Positions 12,567 through 23,338 of a stretch of DNA of 64,000 nt are shown in pieces (the stretch's first letter is position 1; each line of letters starts with the position of its first letter). Location of the stretch: positions 30,876,001-30,940,000 of the forward strand of contig OZ360243.1 of assembly GCA_977017645.1 (NCBI GenBank), in the 5' to 3' direction. The notes under the pieces are model-generated. The model was not told the origin of the DNA. It saw only the letters and a program-made list of their open reading frames with translations, and made no database searches. This stretch comes from Torpedo marmorata. Its lineage: Eukaryota. Made by a program: the position numbers and the translations under genes.

Positions 12567-15500
12567 TTTTTTTTTTTTAATATTTTATTTAAATTTTAAA
12601 ATCACACATTACATAAAATAATTTTGCATATAATTCTTAAAAAATACATGTGATTACATTTTCTCCCCCCCCTTCCCACCCTCCCCTCCCCAGCCCCTAT
12701 ATCCCCCTAATCTAAATTTAAAATGAAATAAAATAATAAAAGAAAAGAAAAGAAAAGATAGAAAGATAGAGTGAGGAGTCAGTAAGTTTAAAAACTAATG
12801 TATCTTAGAGGTTATTTCGCCGACGGATCCGATTTCCAGAGAATTTACAATATTAAACCCATAGTCCTCATATATGGGCCCCAAATTTTCAAAAAAGAAT
12901 GATATTTATTTCGTAAATTATAAGTAATTTTTTCTAATGGTATACATGACCGTAACTCTGCATGCCATCGCTCTAGATTTAAATCAACATCCGATTTCCA
13001 AGTAATAGCTATACATTTTTTCGAAACTGCTAATACTATACGTAAAAATTCTACTTGATACATATTTAATCTATTTCTAATACTGAATTTTTTAATATCT
13101 CCAAATAAAAATAACATAGGATCCATTGCAACTTCAACATTAAAAATTCTTTCTAAAAAATTCTTAACTTTCAACCAAAAATCTTGAATTTTTGGACAAG
13201 ACCATGTACAGTGTACAAACGATCCTATTTCAGTTTTACATCTAAAGCACATATCTGATAACGCTGGATTAAATTTCTTCAATTTTTTAGGTGTCAAATA
13301 CAATTGATGAAAAAAGTTATATTGTACTAATCTATATCTCACATTAATAACTTTTATCATACTTAATTTACATAAATCTTTCCAATGATTTTCATCTATA
13401 TTAACATTCAAATCTAATTCCCATTTCAATCTAGACTTATGTACTCCTACTTTAGACATCTTTCTTTGAAACAACTTATACATTTGTGATATAAATTTAT
13501 TAACATTGACTTTAGTAATTAATAATTCCAATTCATTTTGTCTTGGTACTATTAATTCATTCCCTAATCTCTCAATCAAAAAAGCTTTAACTTGAAAATA
13601 AACTAACATTGTATTATCTAATATATTAAATTTTTCTTTTAACCTCTGGAAAGTAATAAATCTACCTGCTTCAAAACAATCTTTTAATGTCTTAATTCCC
13701 TTTAAAAACCATAACTTAAGTAACTGATTATCCATAGAAAATGGTAAAAGCGGATTCTGATATATAGGTGTATTTAAAGAAATTAATCCTTTTTGACCTA
13801 TCTCTTTGTCTACTTGTGACCAAATTTCCAACAAATGTTTAATAATTGGTGTTTTTTTCTTTTTAAGTAATAATAATTTAGAATTCCATTTATAAATAAT
13901 ATCTTCTTTATGTGTTTCTCCCATATTATTCAATTCTATATTAATCCAAGCAGAAGATTTATTTAAATCAAAGAATTCATTAATAAATTTTAATTGAGCT
14001 ACTTTATAATAATGTTGAAAATTGGGAAGTTGTAACCCTCCCATCTCATAATTCCATGTTAATTTATCTATACTTACTCTTGCCAACTTTCCTTTCCATA
14101 AAAATTTCCTAATAATAAATTTTAAATCTTTAAAAAATTTATTTGGAATACCATAAGGAATCGATTGAAAAAGATATTGAATTCTTGGAAAAACATTCAT
14201 TTTAATACAATTTACTCTTCCCATTAAAGTTATAGGTAAATCTTTCCAAAGCTCTAAATCTTTTTTTATTTTCATAAAGAAAGGTATATAATTTAACTTA
14301 TACAAATTTTCTAATTTTGTATCCACTTTAACTCCCAAATATTTAATACTCTCTGTAGTCCATTTAAAGTCCGTAACTTCTTTACATCTAGTATAATCCC
14401 CTTGAGATAAAGCCAAAATCTCACTTTTATCTGAATTAATCTTATATCCTGATATCTCACCATACTCTGTCAATATAATAGCCAATTGCTGAAGTGATGT
14501 AACAGATTTTATCATATATATTAATACATCATCTGCAAATAAACTAATCTTATGTTCTTCCCTACCGACCTTTATTCCCATTATATTTATATCTTCTCTA
14601 ATCATTTCAGCTAAAGGTTCTATTACTAACACAAACAAAGCAGGTGACAAAGGGCATCCCTGTCGTGTTGATCTTGATAATAAAAATTTTTGCGATATTT
14701 GTCCATTTGTAACTACTTTAGCCGTAGGTTCTTTATATATAGTTTTAATCCAATTTATAAAATTATCTCCAAATCCGAATTTTTCCAAAACTTTAAATAA
14801 AAAATTCCACTCTACTCTATCAAATGCCTTCTCTGCATCCAATGTTACCACCAATGGTAAATCTTGTTTCTTCTTATATACATTGATCAAACTTATCAGT
14901 CTAGCTATATTATCTTTCGAATATCTATTTTTAATAAATCCAGCTTGATCTGAATGTATTAAATTTGGTAAATATTTAGCTAATCTATTTGCTAAAATTT
15001 TCGCCATTATCTTATAATCTACATTTAATAATGAAATAGGCCTATAAGATTCTGTTTTTAACACATCTCTATCTTTCTTTGGTATAACCGTAATAATAGC
15101 ATTTAAAAATGTCTTCGGTAATAAATGGGTTTCCATAACTTGATTCAATACCTCCATATATAAAGGTATCAATAAATCTTTAAATTCTTTATAAAATTCT
15201 ACTGGAAATCCATCGTCACCTGGAGATTTACCACTTTTCAACGTCGATATTGCTTCAGTAACTTCTCTCATCGTAAAAGGTAAATCCAAAGAATATTTAC
15301 TTTGAACATTCAATTTAGGTAAAGTAATTTTAGATAAAAATCTATTGATCTTCATATCATCTTGATCAATCTCAGATCTATATAAATTCTGATAATATTC
15401 TTTAAAAGATTCATTTATTTCTTGTGGCTTATAAGTTACTTCCCCAGTATTTCTCTTCCTTATAGCATTAATTGTTTTAGAAACTTGCTCTTTTTTCAAT

Positions 15501-16088
15501 TGCCATGATAAAACCTTATGCGCCTTTTCACCTAACTCATAATATCTTTGTTTTGTTCTTACTATCAACTTTTCGATCTTACGTGTTTGCAATAAATTAT
15601 AATGTAATTTCCTCCTTACTAAACGATTTCTCTTAAGGATAGACTTATTTCTCTGTAAATCCTTTTCCATAAATTCAATCTCCTTCTCTAGTTTTTCTTC
15701 TTCTTTCAAATAATCTTTTTTTATCTTTGCTGAAAAGCTTATTATTAAACCTCTTAGATAAGCTTTCAGAGCCTCCCATACCATAAATTTATCATCTACC
15801 GAATTGTTATTTACTCTTAAAAATTCCTGAATTTCTCGTCTCATATATTCACAAAAATCCTTTCTTTTCAATAAAAAAGAATCAAATCTCCAGTTATATA
15901 TAGTTTTTTCTTTCTCTGGGATTACACGTCATTAATAAAGGTGAATGATCTGAAATTATTCTTGCTTTATAAGATATCTGTGTTATTCTTTCTTGAAGTT
16001 GTGAAGATAATAGAAATAAATCTATCCTAGAAAAAGAATTATGTCTAAATGAATAAAATGAATAATCTTTCTCTCTTGGTTTCAATTT
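12567..16088 (-). mobile_element. L1 LINE, 5'-truncated, AT-rich
   Basis: Poly(A) tail; TSD of about 18 bp ttctctgctgtattcttt (12549-12566, 16089-16106). Confidence 0.95.
12845..15871 (-). CDS. L1 ORF2p (RT and C-terminal Cys domain; endonuclease truncated)
   Basis: KSPGDDG, YRPISLLN, DAEKAFD, TRQGCPLSP, FADD, CFRC..H..WSC in a 1008-aa open frame. Confidence 0.9.
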   Translation of the reverse strand: MKRKDFCEYMRREIQEFLRVNNNSVDDKFMVWEALKAYLRGLIISFSAKIKKDYLKEEEKLEKEIEFMEKDLQRNKSILKRNRLVRRKLHYNLLQTRKIEKLIVRTKQRYYELGEKAHKVLSWQLKKEQVSKTINAIRKRNTGEVTYKPQEINESFKEYYQNLYRSEIDQDDMKINRFLSKITLPKLNVQSKYSLDLPFTMREVTEAISTLKSGKSPGDDGFPVEFYKEFKDLLIPLYMEVLNQVMETHLLPKTFLNAIITVIPKKDRDVLKTESYRPISLLNVDYKIMAKILANRLAKYLPNLIHSDQAGFIKNRYSKDNIARLISLINVYKKKQDLPLVVTLDAEKAFDRVEWNFLFKVLEKFGFGDNFINWIKTIYKEPTAKVVTNGQISQKFLLSRSTRQGCPLSPALFVLVIEPLAEMIREDINIMGIKVGREEHKISLFADDVLIYMIKSVTSLQQLAIILTEYGEISGYKINSDKSEILALSQGDYTRCKEVTDFKWTTESIKYLGVKVDTKLENLYKLNYIPFFMKIKKDLELWKDLPITLMGRVNCIKMNVFPRIQYLFQSIPYGIPNKFFKDLKFIIRKFLWKGKLARVSIDKLTWNYEMGGLQLPNFQHYYKVAQLKFINEFFDLNKSSAWINIELNNMGETHKEDIIYKWNSKLLLLKKKKTPIIKHLLEIWSQVDKEIGQKGLISLNTPIYQNPLLPFSMDNQLLKLWFLKGIKTLKDCFEAGRFITFQRLKEKFNILDNTMLVYFQVKAFLIERLGNELIVPRQNELELLITKVNVNKFISQMYKLFQRKMSKVGVHKSRLKWELDLNVNIDENHWKDLCKLSMIKVINVRYRLVQYNFFHQLYLTPKKLKKFNPALSDMCFRCKTEIGSFVHCTWSCPKIQDFWLKVKNFLERIFNVEVAMDPMLFLFGDIKKFSIRNRLNMYQVEFLRIVLAVSKKCIAITWKSDVDLNLERWHAELRSCIPLEKITYNLRNKYHSFLKIWGPYMRTMGLIL

Positions 16089-16179
16089 TTCTCTGCTGTA
16101 TTCTTTATTCACATATTTATTCACAGCGCGGGCTGACTTTAACAATCTCTCTCCTTGAAACTAAAGCCCTATATTCCAG

Positions 16180-16560
16180 GCAACATCTTGGTGAACAGAA
16201 TAGCTCAAAGAACTCAGCAAGTCTGCCAGCATCCATGGGCAGAATGGTCAGTCGACATTTGAGTCAGACCCCTTTATCGAGACGAAGATTAAAGAGGTGA
16301 AATTACTTCAAAAGTGAAAGTACCTGGGGGAGGGGCCCCAGAGGACAGAAGGTGTGGGAGGTGCAGAGACAGGTGGAGGGAAAAACCATTAGGAAGGGGT
16401 TTGGGGAGGGGGGAGGGAGAAGAAAAGTTCAAAAGGTATAAAAATAATTAAGTACAGGAGAGCAGGTAGAGAGATGGAAAAAATAAAATCAGATGGGTAT
16501 GGGGGTTAGCTAAAATTGGAAAAACCAATGTTCGTGCCATTAGGCTTTTCCACGTCCTTC
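16180..16560 (-). mobile_element. Old degenerate Penelope pLTR / 3' remnant
   Basis: gaactcagca... unit, degenerate hammerhead-like core at ~16252-16283, purine-rich tract. Confidence 0.5.
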
Positions 16561-16904
16561 CTGAAGTATGCCAACCAGAACACAGCACATTACTCCAAGT
16601 GCAATACAGAGATGTTTTGTGCAGCAGCAACTTATTCACCCCAACTCATTCACTCAATCCTCACCATATGAAGGCAAGCGCCATCCAATGTTTCTCCATA
16701 GCATCATGGAATATCTTCATGATATCAGAATACGTTTCACAATATATACTGAAGTGATTCATTGAGGTTTCAAAGGCAAACAGAACAGCTTATTTGCAAA
16801 AGAAAAATCAAAAAATATAATGGAGGAATCAATATTGATACAAACCGTTTCTGGTAGTGTTAGGAAAGGAATCGTGGCCAGATAATATAGACAAAATTAT
16901 TGTA

Positions 16905-17125
16905 CTGGTTAGCATGACGCTATTACAGCATCAGCAACCCAGGTTCGAATCCAGTGAAGTCTGTAAGGAGTATGTAAGTTCTCCCGTGACCCACGTGGGT
17001 TTTCCCCTGATACTCTGGTTTCCTCTCGCCCTCCAAAACATACAGGGTTGTAGGTTAATTGGGTGTAATTGGGCAGCATGGGTCTCAATTACCAGAATTG
17101 GCTTCTACCATGTTGTAAATAAAAA
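16905..17125 (+). mobile_element. tRNA-derived V-SINE
   Basis: A box (tggttagc) and B box (ggttcgaatcc), followed by the core seen at 8355. Confidence 0.75.
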
Positions 17126-18546
17126 AATATATATGCTCTTCATCAAACAAGGCCACATGATCTTTATCATTCATCCAACCAGGAGATGAAGATTTCTGCA
17201 GCTGAAAACAGAGCCCCATCAATGCAGCACTTCAAAATAACTGAAACTAAGTATTAGCCTACATTGTGCATCTTATTTAGTAAATTAACTAAAAGACAGG
17301 CATCACAAGTTGCGCAAAATTATGAACACAAGATTGATTCAAAGCTTGAAACTGTGCACTCTGCATTGGTTTCAGAAAAATCATGGGCCTCTACCAGGCT
17401 CTCAAAGTTATCTTGGCTTTTAGATACAGAAAGCAAAAATTACCCTATGCTGGAAAAGTACTTAAAACAGCATAGAGTCCTGGTCACCAAATTCAAATAA
17501 AACCTTGTGAAATTTGATCATCAAGGACAATTAGCAATGTCATTTCAAAACAATGCAACTTTTTTATTAAAAAAAAGGTGTCCTCTTTCAAGTGAGATAA
17601 CCACAAGTGTCCCAGCACTAAAAAGGTAAAGAACAAAATAACATTTATGACTCCTCAAACATAGATAAGTTTGTCAAAGTAATCCCAGTTGTCTATGGCA
17701 AAATTTAAATCTGTATTACTTTCATGAAAATAGTACTTAATTCGAATAGTTGGATAATTTATTTTGTTTGGGCTAGATTTTCTTGAAGAATCAAATTTCA
17801 GTCACAGTGGTATTCAAGTACCAAGTGAATAAAGTTCACCCTTGATCATTCTATACAGCTTCTCAAAATGAAAACCATCCAATTAATAATGAATACCCAA
17901 AGCAATAATTGATGTGGTGCATGCAAATTTCATTGTGCGTTAGATCCAATGACTAATCAATTACTTTTAAGTATTTCCTGCCATTTCCAAATTGATACTG
18001 AATCCGTTATAACTATAATCACAATCATTGCTATGCAATCACACAACCATAACTGTAGAATGCTGTTCAAACAAAAGGAACCCACCTACATTAGGTACCA
18101 TACTGTTGATACAGCCTTGCGTCATGCATATACAGGTCATAACCTTGAGTATACAATGGGAGAAGGGAAAATAAGACCTCATTATGAGCACTCACAAACC
18201 TCAAATCAGTTCCTACTCAAATTCTCAGCATGCAACTTGCTGCCTTTTAAGGAGTCAACTCTGAAATAGTCTGGATTCCAGCCTGCTGAAATTGGTCGCA
18301 TAAAAGGGAAATTAATTTCTGCTTTCAGAGGGAAGTACTGTCCAATAATAAAATTAAACAATCACAAACATTATAAGCAGTTCCATTTTATAACACCAGG
18401 AATTGTCTTCTTCATTTGCAGCTTCATGCAAGGAAGTTAGTTCACTGCACTCACTCAACTGGTAATCTCCCTTGTGCAGCTTCCACTGGAGGTTGTTTAT
18501 CAGCATAAAAAAAGCCACTCTTGTGCAACACTCGCATGCAAGATTT

Positions 18547-19027
18547 CTTCTTTTTCAATATTTTTATTGGTTTCATCAAGTAAATGTTACATAGATACGT
18601 AATAATAAAATAAGGTATGAACAAATTACATATAATAATACAAATGGTGGTAAGATCTACGTTACATTGAAAAGAAGTAAAAAAAAACTGAAAAAACCCC
18701 ACTATATTAATTATCAATCCCCTCCCTTCAGAGGCTGCTGGCTAAACATAAACAGTCCACTACCTAATAATAAAAAAGAAGATAATCAATGGGGTCAAAA
18801 ACCAACAGTTAATTAATCTTACAAATTTTGAAAATAATTAAGAAAAGAACCCCATAAGGAAACAAATTTAAGATTCATTTCAGTAGTGGAACATCTAATT
18901 TTTTCCAAAGTCAAACATGACATCATCTCAGACAACTATTGAGTATGAGTGGGAGGGACAGCATCTTTCCATCTCATTAATATGGCCCTTCTAGCGATAA
19001 CATTCGTTTATGATCAGGTTTGAAATT
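18547..19027 (-). mobile_element. L1 3' end (second L1 family)
   Basis: T-rich tail with AATAAA on the minus strand; LEKI-type C-terminus; TSD atgcaagattt (18536-18546, 19028-19038). Confidence 0.75.
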
Positions 19028-19168
19028 ATGCAAGATTTATATCAACAGGAATGGTTCATTCAGTTGCATTATGCCATTCCATTCAGTACATTTATTTTTC
19101 TTTGGTTTTCCACAGGAGAATATTGACAGGAACCAGCTATCTACTTCTTTCACCCAGCTCTGTCATGA

Positions 19169-19528
19169 AGCCCCTTTCACACTGCCAACCCGCTAAATAG
19201 GCGTCTGAACGACTCGCGTTGAAATACCGGGTGGGCCGTTCACATTGGACCATGAAATCCCAGGTCCGTGCATTAAATACCCGCTCTCGCGGATCTAAGG
19301 GGGGCCCAACCTCCAGCGGTGATGTCCCGAGTGACGTTGCCCCTTCACATTGGAGCCGCGTCGACACGGCTCGGCTCTGATACAACCTCCTGGGTTGTAT
19401 CAGTCCCGGGTTGATTTGTACCCCCCCCCCTATCGGGTTCGGAGCGTTCACACTGGCAAGTGAACCACTAAATTTCCAGGTAAATTGCCAGGTTCAACCC
19501 ACGTTCAACTGGCAGTGTGAAAGGGGCT
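19169..19528. mobile_element. Harbinger-like MITE
   Basis: TIR agcccctttcacactgcca / tggcagtgtgaaaggggct; internal ttcaca(c/t)tgg repeats; TSD imperfect (tga/tca). Confidence 0.75.
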
Positions 19529-20340
19529 TCAGTTGTATTACAGTCGAACTGCCAACCAACTCCACATACTTATCTTCCCTCAGATCTTTGATTTCTTTTT
19601 TTAAAGTTAATACATATCTATCAATCCCAGATTTAACTCTAGCACACAAAATAAAGCATCAACTGCAATTTGCAGGACACAGTACCATCATTTTTAGACT
19701 ATCCCCCAATTCTAGATTGCTCAACCAGCAGAAATATTTATGTCTGTTTTGAAAACTTCAAATCACCCTGCAAGTTTCAGGAAAACCAATAATCTCTCCT
19801 TACTCCCTCCAGGACCAATGAAGAAATTCAAAATCTTCAGACTTCTTAGCCCTCTGTGTCAGGCCAATTCGCCGCCACACCCCCCCCCCCCCACTCCACC
19901 CCCCCCCCCACTCCACCCCCCCCTCCCTCCCATCCTGTATGTTGGAATTTAAAAATCAGGTTAGGATTGTACAGGTAACTTAAAGACTTGAAAAAGCAGC
20001 AAACTTCAAGAAATTCTTCCTTAGCTCACTTTGTAACCATTCGGGAAATCTAATATCTCTTCATTTATTCATTAAAAGCATGTGATGTCTTTGGCAAAGA
20101 TTTTATTGCCCACCGCAAAATTACTTAATCTGTGTAAAAGTACTCCCACAAGCCCTGAGGCAGGAAGTTCCAAGATTTTGATCCAGTAAGAGGAGGGAAT
20201 AGTGATATATTTGTTAAGTCAGGAGAATGTGTTACATTGAAGGAAACATGCATCTTTCAGCATAGTAGAGGTCACAGCAGTCAAAGAAGTCATGGCAAGT
20301 TGGTTCAATACACCCTGCAGGCATTACACAAAGCAAACCT

Positions 20341-23173
20341 TTTTTTTTTTTTTTTAAATATTTTATTTAAAATTTTTAAATCACAAAATACATAAAATAG
20401 AATATAAAATTATCAAATTATTTGTGATACATTTTCACCCCCCCTCCCTCCCTTCCCCTCCCCAACCCTCCCAACCCCACTAATCTAATAAAAAATAAAA
20501 ATAGAAAATAAAAATAGAAAAAGAAGAAGAAAAAGAAAAAGATAGAGTAAGGGGAATGCCAATCTATAAACTAATTCTATTATGGAGGTCAAGTATGCCA
20601 GTAGATCCGATATCCAGAGATCTTCAAATCCTTAAACCAACAGCTTTCATATATGGGCTCCAAATTTTTAAGAAGAAATGATATTTATTACGTAAATTAT
20701 AAGTAATTTTTTCAAGTGGTATACACGAACGAAGTTCTGCATGCCATCTGTAAGAGCCGTAGGCTCAGTAACTTACCTTGCTGCGGCGCTCCGACGCCTC
20801 GTCGGCTTGTGGAGCGCTCGCGTTGTCCGTTGGGCCGTCCTCGGCCCGTTCTGTGCTCTGCGCATGCGCTGGAGTGCCGACGGGCGCATGCGCAGTTTGG
20901 AGTGACGTCATTGTGCGCGGTGCAGTCTGGGAAATGTAGTATGCGCGGTGGAGGGTGCGCAGTGTTATAGAAGCGACGGAGCATGCGCGAATCGTAGAGA
21001 AAAGGAAAGGAATAAGATGTTAGGAGGGTGAGTGAAATCTCCATATCTTTATTGACCGTTTTACAGCGTTTTATATCGTTTTATAACGTCTTATACATCG
21101 TTTTGGAATTGTTTAAAGAATCATTTAAAGAAACTCATCATACATCGTTTACAAGAACTGTTTATATTAAAGTCATTGAAGATTACTGCAAGTCACGTGT
21201 GTAAATAAAGATTTTTGAACATATTGGACTTTGTTGGTAAATTAATTAAAACGCGTCAAAGACAAGTATCTCAATTAGCCTCCAGGTGACTATTGTTGGA
21301 TCGAAGTCACCATAATACCATCTTTCTAATCCTAAATCAGATTTCCAAGTAATAGCGATGCATTTCTTTGAAACAGCTGAAGCAATTTGTAAAAATTCTA
21401 TTTGATACATATTTAATTTCATCTTAATACTAAATTTTCTAATATCTCCAAACAAAAATATCATAGGATCCATTGGAAATGTAATCTTAAATACTTTATC
21501 TAAGAAATTTTTAACTTTCAACCAAAAATCATAAACTTTTGGACAAAACCATGTAGAATGTACAAAAGACCCTTCCTCTTTATTACATCTAAAACATAAA
21601 CCTGATAGTGTCGGATTAAATTTCTTTAATTTTTTTTAGGTGTTAAATATAATTGATGAAAAAAATTGTATTGTACTAATCTATATCTAACATTAATAAT
21701 CTTCGTCATACTTAATTTACATAATTCTTTCCAATGATTTTCATCTATTCTTACATTCAAATCTAATTCCCATTTTAATCTTGATTTATGCAATCCTACT
21801 TTAGGCATTTTCCTCTGAAACAATTTATACATTTGAGAAATAAATTTATTAACATCTCCATTAGTAACTAATAATTCTAATTCATTTTGTCTTGGTAAAA
21901 TCAAAGCATAACCTAATTTCTCAATCAGAAAAGCTCTAATTTGATAATAAGCAAAAAGTGTATTATCTAATATATTAAATTTATCTTTCATTCTTTGAAA
22001 AGTAATAAATTTCCCAGCTTCAAAACAATCATTAATCTTCTTAATTCCTTTTTGAAACCAAATTTTAAATAATTGATTATTAATAGTAAATGGAATAAGT
22101 CCATTTTGATATAAAGGCATCCTTGAAGAAATCAATCCTTTTCCTCCTATTTCCTTATCCGTCTTATTCCATATTTCTAACAAATGTTTAAAAATAGGTG
22201 AATTTTTCTTTCTTGTTGATATTAATTTAGAATCCCATTTATAAATAATTTCTTCTTTGGAATCTTCTCCGATATTATTTAATTCTATTTTAATCCAAGC
22301 AGAAGATTCAGTTGAATCAAAAAATTCATTAACAAATTTTAGTTGAGCTGCTTTATAATAATTTTGGAAATTAGGAAGTTGTAAACCACCCATTTCATAA
22401 TTTCAAGTTAATTTGTCCATACCTACTCTTGCTAACTTTCCTTTCCATAAAAAATTTCTAATAATTGAATTTAAATCTTTAAAAAATTTGAGGAATTCCA
22501 TAAGGAATTGATTGAAAAAGATATTGAATTCTTGGAAAAACATTCATTTTAATACAATTTACTCTTCCCATTAAAGTTATAGGTAAATCTTTCCAATTTT
22601 CTAAATCTTTCTTTATTTTCACAAATAATGGTAGATAATTTAATTTGTATAAATTAGCCAATTTTGTATCAACCCTTATTCCCAAATATTTAATTCCTTC
22701 CTTTGCCCATTTAAATTGTGTAATTTCTTTACATCTACTATAATCCCCTTGTGATAATGCCATAATTTCACTTTTATCAGAATTAATTTTATATCCAGAT
22801 ATTTCCCCATATTCTCTCAATAACACAGACAATTGTACTAAGGATGTAATAGATTTTGTCATATATATCAATACATCATCTGCAAACAAACTAATTTGAT
22901 GTTCTTCCATTCCAACTTTAATACCAACTATTTTAGGATCTTTTCTAACTAATTCTGCCAAAGGTTCTATTGCCAAAATAAATAATGCTGGTGACAAAGG
23001 ACATCCTTGTCTAGTAGATCTAGTCAGGGGAAATTTTGAAGAAATTTGTCCATTTGTAACTACTTTAGCAGATGGTTCTTTATATATAGTTTTAATCCAA
23101 TTAATAAATGTATTTCCAAAACCAAATTTCTCCAATACCTTAAATAAAAAATTCCACTCTAATCTATCAAAAG
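20341..23173 (-). mobile_element. L1 LINE, 5'-truncated, with solo LTR insertion
   Basis: ORF2 fragments; poly(A); TSD aagcaaacct (20331-20340, 23174-23183). Confidence 0.93.
20749..21317 (+). mobile_element. Solo LTR of the BEL/Pao family found at 46435-52330
   Basis: tgtaagagccgtagg...caccataata; 5-bp TSD ccatc. Confidence 0.92.
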
Positions 23174-23338
23174 AAGCAAACCTATTCTTAAAGAGATTCA
23201 ACCAATATTTTTGTCTTGGAGGGGTTCAACCCTTTTAAACACCCAGGCAAGTAGGAAAGTATTTATTATTCCCCTGACTTGTATCATATAGGGGATAAAA
23301 AAAAGCTTCGGCTTCATCAGGAGGTGATCTGATCAGAA

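Larger units (their letters stand above)
11401..16144 (+). mobile_element. Solo LTR (probably Gypsy) split by a MITE and an L1
   Basis: TGTTAAA...TTTAACA termini with 4-bp TSD atct; TATA-like tatataaa at ~12412; AATAAA at ~12515. Confidence 0.7.
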
